DNA from: a virus
Taxonomy: Duplodnaviria > Caudoviricetes
Length of the DNA stretch: 59,466 bases
Virus record (IMG/VR): IMGVR_UViG_3300034065_000059
Location: 1-59,466 of that record
Reading direction: 5' to 3' (one strand)
The notes beneath the pieces were generated by a model, which worked only from the letters and a program-made list of their open reading frames with translations, was not told the origin of the DNA and did not search any database. The translations under genes were made by a program, and so were the position numbers. Below are positions 36,133 through 47,200 of the stretch, in pieces; the first letter of the stretch is position 1; each line of letters begins with the position of its first letter.

Positions 36133-38784
36133 ATGACCACCTACGGCCTGACTCCCAATGGTCTTGTCATCATGCGCCAGTCTGACATTATCAGTCAGCA
36201 ACAGGCGCAAATACAGGCGGCTTTTGGGCAAAATATCAATTTCGCCGCTCAGGCGCTTTTCGGTCAATTAAGCGGCATATCGTCGGAACGGCTGGCGCTC
36301 TTGTGGGAGCAATTGGAAGCGGTCTATACGTCGCAATACCCGTCCGGCGCGGAAGGCACGAGCGTCGATAATATTTTAGCTCTCAGCGGATTGAGGCGGC
36401 TGCCAGCGGCGCCCACTAAGACGGCGCCTACCAACACTAACGGCGTTAATGGTCTAGTGCTCTACGGCACGCCCGGCACCGTGGTGCCAGTTAATTCTAT
36501 AATTTCCATGCAAGGAAATTCCAGTATTCAGTTTACGCTTGATAGCGCGGTCACCATTTTGGCTGCCGTCAATGCCGTCCAAATCATTTTGCTCACGGCG
36601 TCGCCAACGTCAGGCAATTTCACTTTTCAAATCCTGGACGCATCCGGCAACATTCTAACGTCGCCAAGCCTGCCGTGGAATACGCCGACAAATACCACGC
36701 AAGTAGCCTGGAATATCCCGCCGGCTTCCGGCAACTTCAAGCTGACGCTGACCAACGCTCTAGGTACCTACACCACGCCGTCGCGCCCCTATAGCGTTTC
36801 CGCCGCGACCTTGCAGGCGGATATTCGTGCGTTAAATGCCCTCTTCGGGGCGGTGACGGTCACCGGCGGCACTACCGCCACTGTGTTGACCACGACCGGC
36901 AATGTGTCCAACGGCTCAACTGGGTTGACGGCGCTGGCAAGCACGGCGGGGCTGTTTCCCGGCATGGCCATCAGCGGCGCCAATATCCCGGCCAATACCT
37001 ACATAGCCAGCATTTCGGGTGCGTCGCTCGTCATGTCAGCGCCAGCTACCGGGACGGCGTCAGGTGAAACGGTCACTTTCAGCGGTGGCCTCGCTATCAA
37101 TTGGGGGGCTATATCTCAACCGACGGTGGCCTTTAATAGCAACACTCTCGACCAGACCGGCGCTATTTACAACTCGCTGCAATCCGTTTTCAATACGTTT
37201 GAAGACACCTACACTAACCTCTACCCCTATACCGATGTGACTTGCACGGGCTCGCTGGTTGGCACATCGGTGGCGGTTAACTTCGGCACCGGTACAGTTT
37301 TGACCGGTGAGCCGTCGTCAGGCGCTCAGCCACAAAATGCTATCGACGTGACCGTTGACGGGCTCATGGTGGGCTCCACCGTCGTTAATATGGCAGTGTT
37401 GACCACGGGTGTGGGCACGGCCACGGGCGCCCCTAGCCAGGGTATTGGGTCAGCCACCTGCACGGCCACCGGCCCGACGGTGGTGCCGGCCGGTTATCTA
37501 ACGGTCATCGGCTCGCCTATTTCTGGGTGGACCTCGGTGACTAATCCGCTTGATTGCGTGACCGGCAGCAATGTGGAAAGCGACACGGCCGCACTTGCGC
37601 GCCGGGAAAACGACCTAGCGGTCAACGCTAACGGCCCGCTGCAAGCTATCGCTGAAAAAGTGTCACTCGTGCCTGGTGTGGTGCAGGCTGTACCTTTTCA
37701 AAACCTAAGCGTTGCCGCGCTACAAATCCTCAACTTCAGCGCCGTCCCGACTAGCGGCGGCTTCACTCTCGCCTTTAACGGTGGCACCGGGCTGCAAACG
37801 ACGGGCACTATAAGCTGGCAAGCCTTCGCCAACGTGCAAGCGCTTTATTTCAGCGCGGTGCCGTCTGGCGGCTCTTTCACCATTACCATGGACGCTTTAA
37901 CTACGGCGGCTATACCGTACACGGCTAATGCGGCTGCCGTGCAGGCGGCTATACACGCATTAGGTTCAACCTTTACCAACGCCGTAGTGACCGGCTCTTT
38001 TTCGGCCGGATTTTTCTTTTCCTTCGGGGCTGGCGCGGTGCAGCAATATCCGATTAGCACCACCGACTCACTGACCGGCGCCACCATCACCGCCGTGCCG
38101 TCTGTGCAAGCTATGGTCAACGCTTTAACCAGCTACGGGCCGGCAACGGTACAGGGCAGTTTTGCCGCTAGCATGGTGGTCGCCTTCAACGGGTCCACCG
38201 GTGGGCAGGCGCAAAATATCACCTATGCCCCGACCAATACCCTAGAAATCGGGTTAACGCCTATCGCCATCACACCGGGCTACGGGCGCCCCGGCAAGTC
38301 CTTTGAAATTGTGGTGAGCGACAATAACGGCGAAGCATCTAACACGGCGATCGCGGAAGCCATATACAATACTGCACCGGCCGGCATTCTGTCCTACGGC
38401 AATCAAACGCCGGTGCCGATTTCAGACACCTTTGGCAATACCTACCTGATAAACTTTTCACGGCCGACGCAAGTGACCTTTTACGTCGTGCTCAACCTGG
38501 TGACTGACTTAACCACCAGTGCTAACCCACAGTTCAATGTCGGCAGTATTTTGACCATCCAAGAGGATATTGCAGCGGCGGGTAACGCCTTCCCCGTTGG
38601 CGGTCTGGTTGTCGGCTTTGGGTCTAACGGCTTGGTCGGCGCTTTTAACAACGTCGCCGGCATTACGTCCTACACCCTTTATTTTGGCACGAGCCCCAAC
38701 CCGTCTACTAACAGCAACGTACAATTACTGCCCGAGCAAGTAGCAAACTTTGAAACCTTTGCCATCATTGTGAGCTATCAATAA
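36133..38784 (+). CDS. Baseplate J-like protein with large inserted repeat domains
   Basis: YGLTPNG, AEGTSVD, GWTSVTNP..GSNVESD..R, IAEAIY..PAGI..INFSRP. Confidence 0.88.
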   Translation: MTTYGLTPNGLVIMRQSDIISQQQAQIQAAFGQNINFAAQALFGQLSGISSERLALLWEQLEAVYTSQYPSGAEGTSVDNILALSGLRRLPAAPTKTAPTNTNGVNGLVLYGTPGTVVPVNSIISMQGNSSIQFTLDSAVTILAAVNAVQIILLTASPTSGNFTFQILDASGNILTSPSLPWNTPTNTTQVAWNIPPASGNFKLTLTNALGTYTTPSRPYSVSAATLQADIRALNALFGAVTVTGGTTATVLTTTGNVSNGSTGLTALASTAGLFPGMAISGANIPANTYIASISGASLVMSAPATGTASGETVTFSGGLAINWGAISQPTVAFNSNTLDQTGAIYNSLQSVFNTFEDTYTNLYPYTDVTCTGSLVGTSVAVNFGTGTVLTGEPSSGAQPQNAIDVTVDGLMVGSTVVNMAVLTTGVGTATGAPSQGIGSATCTATGPTVVPAGYLTVIGSPISGWTSVTNPLDCVTGSNVESDTAALARRENDLAVNANGPLQAIAEKVSLVPGVVQAVPFQNLSVAALQILNFSAVPTSGGFTLAFNGGTGLQTTGTISWQAFANVQALYFSAVPSGGSFTITMDALTTAAIPYTANAAAVQAAIHALGSTFTNAVVTGSFSAGFFFSFGAGAVQQYPISTTDSLTGATITAVPSVQAMVNALTSYGPATVQGSFAASMVVAFNGSTGGQAQNITYAPTNTLEIGLTPIAITPGYGRPGKSFEIVVSDNNGEASNTAIAEAIYNTAPAGILSYGNQTPVPISDTFGNTYLINFSRPTQVTFYVVLNLVTDLTTSANPQFNVGSILTIQEDIAAAGNAFPVGGLVVGFGSNGLVGAFNNVAGITSYTLYFGTSPNPSTNSNVQLLPEQVANFETFAIIVSYQ

Positions 38785-40037
38785 TGCTGTCGACGCCTAT
38801 TACCGACCATGTGCAGCAAGCCCTTGCGCGGCAGATGACGCAGTATAAGGCTTTGCGGCAGCAATATTTGATGACGCTCTATAATACCCCCGCGTACATA
38901 CCGACGGGCACCTACTCACCGATCCACACGGCTGCGCCTACTAGCCATATTGGCTTTGGCTACGGCTCGCTGGTGGGCTTAGCCCAAGCCTTTCAAGTGG
39001 CGTCACCGCTAGATATTGGCCAAATCACCGTGCCTTTTGCCGCTAAAGGCACGGTGTCTGACGGGTTAGTGACGGCTTACCTCTATATCGATAACGGCCA
39101 TAGCCCGAGCATTCACGCCGCGCCCACTGGGCAACCGATCGCCCAAGCGGTGGAAGTCTATAACGCAGCGGCTTTGGCCAATGCCTGGGTTGCCGGCGGC
39201 TCAACCGGATTTATTTCTAAGACCTTCACTTTTGATTTCAATTTTGCCCCCGGTTACTACTGGGTGGTGCTTAGCAGTAATTTTTCGGCATCCGTGGGCA
39301 ACTCGCTTTTGGTGGGGCTAAATAACACCGGCGGCCTGGCCTTTGCCAACGGCTTTTACGCTGGTCAGGACATTACCGGTTATTTTGGCGCCAATGGTGC
39401 CTCAGGCTCGGCACAACTAGCCTTCACCGTAGCGGAAAAAGTCAGCGCCCCGCCGCTGCAACCGTCCAACGCTATCAACGTGTCAGGCGTGGGCATATTG
39501 ATCGCGTCGGAAGCTGACCAGGTGCAGGCGATTGAAAATACCCTTAACCAAATCAACAGCGGCCGACAACTTTTCAACGGCACGTCCTACCCTGCGCAAG
39601 GTGCGCAACTTGACGGCATTGGGCAGATTGTCGGCATTGCCCGCAACGGTCTGAGCGACGCGGAATATTTAGTATTCATCCTAGGAAAGATCGGCGAAAA
39701 CTATTCCAACGGCACCTTGCCCGACGTCACCAATATTATCGGCTTAGTTTTTCAAACGCCGACTTTTACGCTGATCCCGTTTTATCCTGCCGAAGTTAAC
39801 CTACAAATTCCGGCGACCTCGGGGCTGCCACCGTCTCTCTATTCGACAGCCGTTAACATCGGGGAAAAATCTATTTCGGCGGGCATTGGTGTGGGTTTCG
39901 CGTCGGTTTATCCAGCCAACCCGTTTTTGTGTGGCGCGGTTGGCAAGCCATCCGTAGGCGGCGGCTTTGGCGCCTTGGCCGATCCCGGCGGCGGTGGCGG
40001 TTTAGCAGCGAATTTTTATGAAAACTTTGGAGCGTAA
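38784..40037 (+). CDS. Baseplate wedge subunit (DUF2612-like) with insertion
   Basis: AQGAQLDGIGQIVG..R..LSDAEY..KI..NYSNGT. Confidence 0.75.
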   Translation: MLSTPITDHVQQALARQMTQYKALRQQYLMTLYNTPAYIPTGTYSPIHTAAPTSHIGFGYGSLVGLAQAFQVASPLDIGQITVPFAAKGTVSDGLVTAYLYIDNGHSPSIHAAPTGQPIAQAVEVYNAAALANAWVAGGSTGFISKTFTFDFNFAPGYYWVVLSSNFSASVGNSLLVGLNNTGGLAFANGFYAGQDITGYFGANGASGSAQLAFTVAEKVSAPPLQPSNAINVSGVGILIASEADQVQAIENTLNQINSGRQLFNGTSYPAQGAQLDGIGQIVGIARNGLSDAEYLVFILGKIGENYSNGTLPDVTNIIGLVFQTPTFTLIPFYPAEVNLQIPATSGLPPSLYSTAVNIGEKSISAGIGVGFASVYPANPFLCGAVGKPSVGGGFGALADPGGGGGLAANFYENFGA

Positions 40038-40040
40038 ATC

Positions 40041-40931
40041 ATGACCGTCCCAATGCCCTCTAGCTTTTTGAATTGGATGCCGTCCGGCGGGGGCACATAT
40101 TTTGCTCAACCAACCGCGGGGCAATCAAATAATGGCTGGCAATATGGTGAAGCACCGCCCGCTGATTATCTCAACTGGCTTTTCTACACCACGGACCAAT
40201 GGATACAATTTCTTTACGGGAGCGCAACGGCTAGCGGCACTCCGGCTAACTCCACGGTGCTGTCAACCACAGGTAATACGTCAAATGGCTCAAATATGCT
40301 TACCTCCCTGGCAAGCATAGTTGGGGTTTTAAAAGGTCAAGCAATCGTAGCTTCCGGGGTGCCTACCGGCACTTTTGTTGACAGCGTTTCGGGCACTACT
40401 GTGATCATGTCGCAAAACGCTACGGCAAATAACACCACCACCGCTGTGGCATTCAATCACCAATATGCAACTGGCGCTAACGTGCAAGCCCAGCTTGACG
40501 AGTTAGACGCCACAATTTTCACTCGTGAGTATCCGTATGACATCATAGTGGGTGGCTCAACTGTTGCCGCTGCCACCCATGCAACCTTGGCCGCCGCGCT
40601 TGCCGATGCAAATTATGGGGCCAATCAGCGGGTGTTGCTAGCTGACTCGCAAAACCTTAGCGCCACTGTCACCATTTCTAAAGCGGGCTGGCGTATTTCA
40701 GCACTGCCCAGTGTGACCTATACAAACGCGGGCGCTGGGGTGGGTATTATCCCCAATGCCACTGGCATATGGATTGAGGGGCTGCGCATGGCAGGGTTTA
40801 CCACAGGCATTCAATTGAGTAGCTCGGGCGCTTACTGCCGTGTCTTTAACTGCAACTTTAACTCTTGCACTCTTGATGTTGACGATTCAAGCAACACCAC
40901 CGGGAAAATTTATGGAAATATTACGGAGTAA
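40041..40931 (+). CDS. Proximal tail fibre protein
   Basis: GWQYGEAPPADYLNW..QWIQFL baseplate-anchor motif; beta-helix-like C-terminus. Confidence 0.75.
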   Translation: MTVPMPSSFLNWMPSGGGTYFAQPTAGQSNNGWQYGEAPPADYLNWLFYTTDQWIQFLYGSATASGTPANSTVLSTTGNTSNGSNMLTSLASIVGVLKGQAIVASGVPTGTFVDSVSGTTVIMSQNATANNTTTAVAFNHQYATGANVQAQLDELDATIFTREYPYDIIVGGSTVAAATHATLAAALADANYGANQRVLLADSQNLSATVTISKAGWRISALPSVTYTNAGAGVGIIPNATGIWIEGLRMAGFTTGIQLSSSGAYCRVFNCNFNSCTLDVDDSSNTTGKIYGNITE

Positions 40932-40934
40932 AAT

Positions 40935-41831
40935 ATGAAAAAGAGCTATTTGTGGTGCGCGTTTGGCTTTCTTTTAACCATGACACCTGCCATTTGGGCG
41001 GCTGGTGGTTTTGACCGTGTTGCAGCCATTGTGAAAATGGGGCAGGGTACCGCGATCACCGAGCAACTCATTTTTGACACGGGTGCGGGCGGTAGCAATG
41101 CTATAGTCCAGTCTGACTCAACCCAGCATATGACTCTCGCGGGTAATACAGTTACGTCAGCCGCGCCCTTCATTGCTGGTAATCAAATCGGAGTCGGTGC
41201 GGCTCCGGCTTATCCTATAGATATTTATGGGTCTAGTGGGGACTACGCCGCACTAGTGGCTCATGCCGGTACTTCCTCGGGTGTGGTGCGCGAATATTTC
41301 TTACCACCAACCGGTACCACCCCACGTTTTGAAATTGATGGTAGTTTTGGCAGCCCAAACGAGCTTGTGTTTGAATCTGATACCAATACCCTGATGACCA
41401 TGAATCGAAATGGCACAGTGACTACGCCCGGGCCTTTTGTTGCATCTGATGGTGCGGCAGTTTCAAATGGGCTGAGTGTTGCGGGCGGGGCAAACATAAC
41501 TAGCGGGGGATTAATATCAGGGGGTGGGGGCACAGCTGCTTCTCAAGCATTTAAGACAGCCCTCTATAGCGGGTCAATTACTTCTACAGGGTCAATCACT
41601 ATAACTGTACCTGGGCAAATCATGGGGTATCTGGGCTATGAAACTGATTCAACTAACCCCTCAGGGGTAGGTAATCCGGGGCCTATCATTGACGCTTTTA
41701 CATACTCAAACCCCGGTACGAATCAGCCTCGGCTACAAATTAGAAAAATTGCCAGTAACACTAGTTTTAACATCATTAACACTGATAATGATTTTGCACA
41801 TAGCTATATTTGTATAGTTTTTTATCAATGA
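40935..41831 (+). CDS. Fibre-like protein with apparent signal peptide
   Basis: MKKSYLWCAFGFLLTMTPAIWA; IGVGAAPAYPIDIYG fibre motif. Confidence 0.7.
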   Translation: MKKSYLWCAFGFLLTMTPAIWAAGGFDRVAAIVKMGQGTAITEQLIFDTGAGGSNAIVQSDSTQHMTLAGNTVTSAAPFIAGNQIGVGAAPAYPIDIYGSSGDYAALVAHAGTSSGVVREYFLPPTGTTPRFEIDGSFGSPNELVFESDTNTLMTMNRNGTVTTPGPFVASDGAAVSNGLSVAGGANITSGGLISGGGGTAASQAFKTALYSGSITSTGSITITVPGQIMGYLGYETDSTNPSGVGNPGPIIDAFTYSNPGTNQPRLQIRKIASNTSFNIINTDNDFAHSYICIVFYQ

Positions 41832-41843
41832 GGCGGGGCAGCA

Positions 41844-42119
41844 ATGCTGAATGAATGGATTAAAGATTTTCCCTGGGCGTCCGAGACGCAAAAGCAAGGC
41901 TTTTTGCACTACATTGAATGGACGCGCAAGCTCAAACCGGAAACCCGTGAAGACTACGAGGGCCTGTGCCTTGCGGCTTTTTTCATTCAAAAAGACCATG
42001 AGTCAAATGTGTGGTGGACCGGCGTGGTGGGCGAGCAAGTGAAATTTCTGCAAGACGAAATCCGTCGTCTACAAGACGAAATAAAGGAAATTCGCCGTGA
42101 TGCAAGAGCATGCTTTTGA
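41844..42119 (+). CDS. Hypothetical protein
   Basis: ORF in the operon with a coiled-coil end. Confidence 0.55.
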   Translation: MLNEWIKDFPWASETQKQGFLHYIEWTRKLKPETREDYEGLCLAAFFIQKDHESNVWWTGVVGEQVKFLQDEIRRLQDEIKEIRRDARACF

Positions 42120-42387
42120 CATTATCGTGGGCCTTAGCTCGTGCCTGACCACGCTCGCCGGTGCATATGTGGTGGTTGGCCATAAGCTCAGCTTCATTCA
42201 AGGGCAGCTTTCGCAACTGATTAAAGCCGATCAAAAATCCGATCAAAATGCCAAAGATATTTCCGCGCTAAAAGACAACTACAAAAGATCCCAAGAAAAA
42301 AACGCGCAAGATTTACGGGCAGCCTTCGGCAAAATCAAGACGCTCGAAAACCAAATTATGCCTACAGGTGAAAATGGACCACTTTGA
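42097..42387 (+). CDS. Single-TM coiled-coil protein (holin/antiholin candidate)
   Basis: N-terminal hydrophobic helix; directly upstream of the endolysin. Confidence 0.5.
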   Translation: MMQEHAFDIIVGLSSCLTTLAGAYVVVGHKLSFIQGQLSQLIKADQKSDQNAKDISALKDNYKRSQEKNAQDLRAAFGKIKTLENQIMPTGENGPL

Positions 42388-42901
42388 GACAGCCCTAAAA
42401 ATCACGCTCGCGCACGAGGGCGGCTACGTCGATGACCCGCAAGACGCGGGTGGTGCGACCAACTACGGGCTGACGCTCGCCGACTGGCTGGAATACTACA
42501 AGACCGCCGGCTCGGCTGACCTGCTTAAAAACCTCACGGTTGAAAAAGCTGGCGATATGTACCTCAAGCTTTGGTGGTTGCCGCTGAAGCTTGACCTAGT
42601 CACGAGCACCAAAATAGCCACCGTCATTTTTGACCAAGCGGTGTTAGACGGTAAAGAAAATGCCACGGTGCGCGTGCAACAAATTCTCGGCTTAAAGCCG
42701 GACGGCGTTATGGGCCATATGACGATAGCCGCGCTAAACGGTGAAAACGAAGACTGCTTTTGTTTCCGATTTTTGCGTGCTTCCGCGCACCATTATGACG
42801 CGATTGTCAAAGACAACTTGACCGACATTAAATACTTAGATGGTTGGCTTGACCGGGTTTTCAGTCTCTTGGATTTCGTCATGTTTGGAGATGCAACGTG
42901 A
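42368..42901 (+). CDS. Endolysin, glycoside hydrolase family 108
   Basis: HEGGYVDDPQDAGGATNYG; DGVMG..T; YLDGWLDRV. Confidence 0.92.
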   Translation: MKMDHFETALKITLAHEGGYVDDPQDAGGATNYGLTLADWLEYYKTAGSADLLKNLTVEKAGDMYLKLWWLPLKLDLVTSTKIATVIFDQAVLDGKENATVRVQQILGLKPDGVMGHMTIAALNGENEDCFCFRFLRASAHHYDAIVKDNLTDIKYLDGWLDRVFSLLDFVMFGDAT

Positions 42902-42957
42902 TGTTTTTAGACGCAAGACCATTTTTCAAAAAACTTTTTTCAAAGGGATCAAAACCA

Positions 42958-43356
42958 ATGGGCACGACAAATCTGAAAGCGCTGCAAGACGCCGTCAAGT
43001 TGATTGTGGACGCAGTTAACGACAGCATTAAAGTAGCGGCTACTGGTGGAAATCCGCTAGTAGCGCTCGCCAGCTATCAAAACCTTATCCCCGACCTTAT
43101 GACCTTGGCGCCGGAAATCGGCGAAATACCGGCGGACGTCAGCGCCATGAACCCAAGCGACTATGTCACCTTGGTGACGGGCTTGGTCGGTCAACTCGGG
43201 CTGACCGACGCGCATGTCGGCACCATCTTGGGCGCGGCTCTCGGATTACTGCAGCATATCGTCGCCGACGTCTTGCCTAGCACCACCGCTTTGATTGCCG
43301 CTGTCCAAGGCCCGGCCGCCGTCACCGCGCCGATGCCAACGTCAGCGGCTAGTTAA
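42958..43356 (+). CDS. Hypothetical hydrophobic protein
   Basis: Follows the endolysin; amphipathic helices. Confidence 0.6.
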   Translation: MGTTNLKALQDAVKLIVDAVNDSIKVAATGGNPLVALASYQNLIPDLMTLAPEIGEIPADVSAMNPSDYVTLVTGLVGQLGLTDAHVGTILGAALGLLQHIVADVLPSTTALIAAVQGPAAVTAPMPTSAAS

Positions 43357-43398
43357 AGCCAATAGAAATTGCTAGAGTTTAGTTAGTTTCTATTGGGG

Positions 43399-43425
43399 GC
43401 GGCCACCTTGGTGCCGCTTTTTCTT
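43399..43425 (+). terminator. Rho-independent terminator
   Basis: GCGGC(C)ACC-TT-GGTGCCGC followed by TTTTTCTT; a second hairpin CCAATAGAAA/TTTCTATTGG lies at 43359..43396. Confidence 0.6.
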
Positions 43426-43451
43426 AATAACTTTCCAGAGAGGTAATTATC

Positions 43452-43829
43452 ATGACAGGTCGTCCCTTCGCTCCAGGTCTACAAAAGTATTCACCGGTCA
43501 TTGGCATCATTGGTTCGACGTTGGCGCTAACCGACGCGGCTAGCATTGCCGTGGACGGTTCTAACTGCGAGCTTTTCACGCTTACGCTTACGGGCAGCCA
43601 CGCTTTGGCCAACCCGACCAACTTGGTGAAAGGCGCGCGCTACGTTTTCTTGGTTAAGCAAGACGCGACGGGCTCGCGCGTGCTCACCTACGGAAACAAG
43701 TATTATTTTGCCGGCGGCACGGCGCCGACGCTGACCACGACGGCGGCCGCCGTGGACATGTTGGAATTTGCCTCGGACGGCACTAACCTGTACTTGCTCA
43801 ACTCCACTCTGGCTTTGGCGCACACCTAA
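43452..43829 (+). CDS. Stand-alone tail-fibre-type beta domain protein
   Basis: LANPTN..VKQDATGSRVLTY..FAGGTAPTLTT..AVD. Confidence 0.7.
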   Translation: MTGRPFAPGLQKYSPVIGIIGSTLALTDAASIAVDGSNCELFTLTLTGSHALANPTNLVKGARYVFLVKQDATGSRVLTYGNKYYFAGGTAPTLTTTAAAVDMLEFASDGTNLYLLNSTLALAHT

Positions 43830-44242
43830 TGGATAAGCTAAAAACCCTTATAGCCTTATTCGTCTTGTGGGTGGTCGCCTGTATGCCGGACATTGCCGTG
43901 GCAGGCAATACGGCAATTAGCGGCCAGCACGTGTTGAACGCGGCAACCGCCGCCGCTAATCACACGTCAACCGCTCTGGACTTTTCTATTTTTCACAACG
44001 CATCCGTCCAGTGCAATTGGTCAGGGCTAACCGGCACCATTGATAATACGGTGGAGTTTGACTATTCAAACGACGGCACTACCTACACTATCAAAGGTAC
44101 GGCTTTGGCAATTTCCGGCGCCAGTGGGTCGGGAGAGATTTCCCTCGGTGGTGATGCAGTGACCGAGTCTTGGTACGAGGTGAAATACCTTGCCGTTGAC
44201 GTCACCGCCGGCACCATTGATTGCTACGTAACTGCTAAATAG
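43829..44242 (+). CDS. Secreted or lipoprotein beta-sandwich protein
   Basis: MDKLKTLIALFVLWVVA-C lipobox or AVA cleavage site; YSNDG motif. Confidence 0.7.
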   Translation: MDKLKTLIALFVLWVVACMPDIAVAGNTAISGQHVLNAATAAANHTSTALDFSIFHNASVQCNWSGLTGTIDNTVEFDYSNDGTTYTIKGTALAISGASGSGEISLGGDAVTESWYEVKYLAVDVTAGTIDCYVTAK

Positions 44243-44250
44243 GATTAACC

Positions 44251-47200
44251 ATGAAAAAGTTGCTGGCTCTCGTCTTTTTACTCTTGCTTGCCCCAAGTCA
44301 GGCGGGGGCCAGCAACGTCCAAGTCTACCCGTGCTTTACCACCACGGCCAACCTGCTTACCTGCTTAATCAGCGACTACTCCATCGTGTGGCCCGCGAAC
44401 CAGGGGGCTTCGGGAACGTCGCTGATTAATGACGGCTCCGGGAATTTGGTGTGGGGTAGCGCCAACCTTACCGTGGGGAGCCCCATTACCGGGGGGATCG
44501 ATAATGGTGTTTTATTCGCTGACGGCAGCGGCAACCTAGACCAAAATGCTGACTTCGTTTTCACGGGCAGCAATCTTGGCCTGGGCACAGCGTCGCCGGG
44601 GGCAACATTAGACGTTGGCGGAGGTTTCCGCGTCAATTCCAGCGGCAACCTGGTTAAAATAAACGGCGTCACCACAAGCTGGCCCTCGTCTCAAGGTAGC
44701 GCGTCGACCGTACTGCAAAACGACGGCTCAGGCACCCTTACCTGGGTTTCGCCGTCGACCGCTATTACGGCGTTGACTGGCGACGTCACGGCGACCGGCC
44801 CCGGCAGCGCGGCAGCAACCGTTAACTCGGTCGGCGGCCAAGCGGCGGCAACGGTGGCGACTGCCACCACGACAGTTGACGCGGCTACTAGTTCTAACAC
44901 CCCGTCTACGCTGGTGGAGCGCAACGGCTCGGGCAACTTTTCAGCCGGCACTATCACCGCTAATCTAAGCGGCAATGCCACTAACGTCACTGGCGTAGTG
45001 GCGGTTGCCAACGGCGGCACTAATTCCAGCGCTGCCCTTAGCAATAACCGAGTCATCGTTTCGTCGGGCGGCTCTATTGAAGAGGCTTCGGCGATTACCG
45101 GCAATAGCGCCGTGGCTTCCGACAGCAACGGCCTGCCTACCGCTTCGTCCACGTCAGCCACGGAACTAGGTTACGTTCACGGCGTCACTAGCGCCGTCCA
45201 AACCCAGCTAGGCAGTAAAATGCCGCTGGCCGGCGGCACATTTACGGGCGCAGTGGTGTTGTCAGGCGACGCCACCCAAGCGCTCAATCCGGTTTCTTAT
45301 CAGCAATTCAATACTGCCGTTTTCGGCTTGGCGAATAAAGACAGTGCCGCCGTGTGCTCGTGTGCCAGCAACATTACGCTTTCCGGTGAGCAGACTATTG
45401 ACGGGATTACAACCAGTAGCAGCCCCGTGCTTGTCACTTACCAAACGACAACGAGTCAAAACGGCATTTATGTTTCCGGCTCGGGCGCCTGGACGCGCCG
45501 AAGCGACTCCAATTCTTGGGCTAATATCGTCGGTACTATTGTGCCGGTGGATGCAGGTGGCACCACCTACGGCGGCACCGTTTGGCTAAGCACCGCCGCG
45601 CAAAGCGGCACGCTCGGCACCACGGCAATAACCTACACTCAAATGGCCGGGGCCGGCACCTATACGGCGGATGGCTCGAATATCATCCTAACCGGCAATC
45701 AGTTTTCTCTCAATTCTGTTGGCGGGTCATCGCCTAGTTCGGTTAATACCGCGACCGTGGCCGCGAATGCCGCGACCAGCCTTGACACTGTCTCGACAAT
45801 TATGAAGCGGGATAGTTCCGGCAACACGGCAATCAGCAATCTAACGGTTGGCACGTCAGCTATTTACCATGGCTCTTCCACTGGCACCACGACGCTTGAG
45901 GGCGGCACGAATGCCACTGGTACTTTAATTCTACCAACGCCAGCGTCGACCGACACCCTGGTGGATTTAGCTGACACGCAAACGCTAAGCAATAAAAATT
46001 TGATTGCTGATAGCACACAACTTGTGAGTGTTTCTGACAGCACTAAAGCCTTGACCTTTAATACAAGTTCCCAGAACACAAATACCAAGTTCACCATAGA
46101 GACGCCCACGATATCGGCGAATACCCAAATAAGTTTCCCCACCATGGGATTCTTAGATTATTTCGTCACTGAATTCGCTTCGCAGGGGCTAAGCAATAAA
46201 TCTTTTACTCAGGCCGTCGTTAACGACTATTTGGCGATGACCGAGATTGGCACGCCCGCGACGCCAAGCGCTGGCACCCTTCTGCTTTACTCTAAGAGCG
46301 GCGATAACCTCTACACCCTCAACTCCGCTGGTGTTGAGAATCAGGTTGGCAGCGGCACGGGCGGAATTAACTACCTGCAAGCCGGGTCATCCACCAATTC
46401 AGGATGGCATGCTAGCGGGTCTGGGATTACGGTTGCCGGCACCACGACTAATCTACCGCGTTCAACCACGACGCCGACTGGCATTCTTTTCACCGGCGTT
46501 AGCGGGTCGACGGCTTTTGGGTATTTCGACTTCACGCTTGACCCGGCCGATTACAACGTCAAAGAGCAAGTCCAATTCGCGCAAAACGGATTGATTGGCA
46601 GCTACGCAACCAACAATTTCCAGGTCGCCGTCTATAGCTGCACGGTTGCCTGGTCGTCTGGGACTTGCGGCGGCACGTCAACGCGCCTACCGCTCTCGAC
46701 CGATTCGTCGGCGATCAGCGGCTTGCCGGCTATGGAGGGCACTTACCGGACGACGTTCGACGCGCCAGGATCGGCAGCTAAATACATCCAATTTCAAATC
46801 GGCTTAAATTCGTCGAACACCAATGCAATTGTCCTTTCCGACATTATCGTCGGCCCAGGCCAGTCGGTGCAGGGGGCGGCTTATCAATACCTAGGCAACC
46901 CTGGTTTTACTGTTTCGGCTGCTTTCGGCACGATAACAAACCCAGTATGGAATGCTTGGCGTATTGGCGACCGAATGCACGTTGAAGGTCGCTGGGGCGT
47001 TGGCACTCTTGCTGCGAGCAATGCACAAGTAATTCTTCCTACCGGGTACACGGTAAACTCGGCATCGCTGCCAGCTTATCAACAAATTGTAGGAACAGTT
47101 ATCAACCCGTACGGTGGGTCTTCACAAGGAATCGATACCTCTTACGGCGTCATATTTTACAACGGGTCTGATACTGCAAACTTGTATTTTGGTTTAAACA

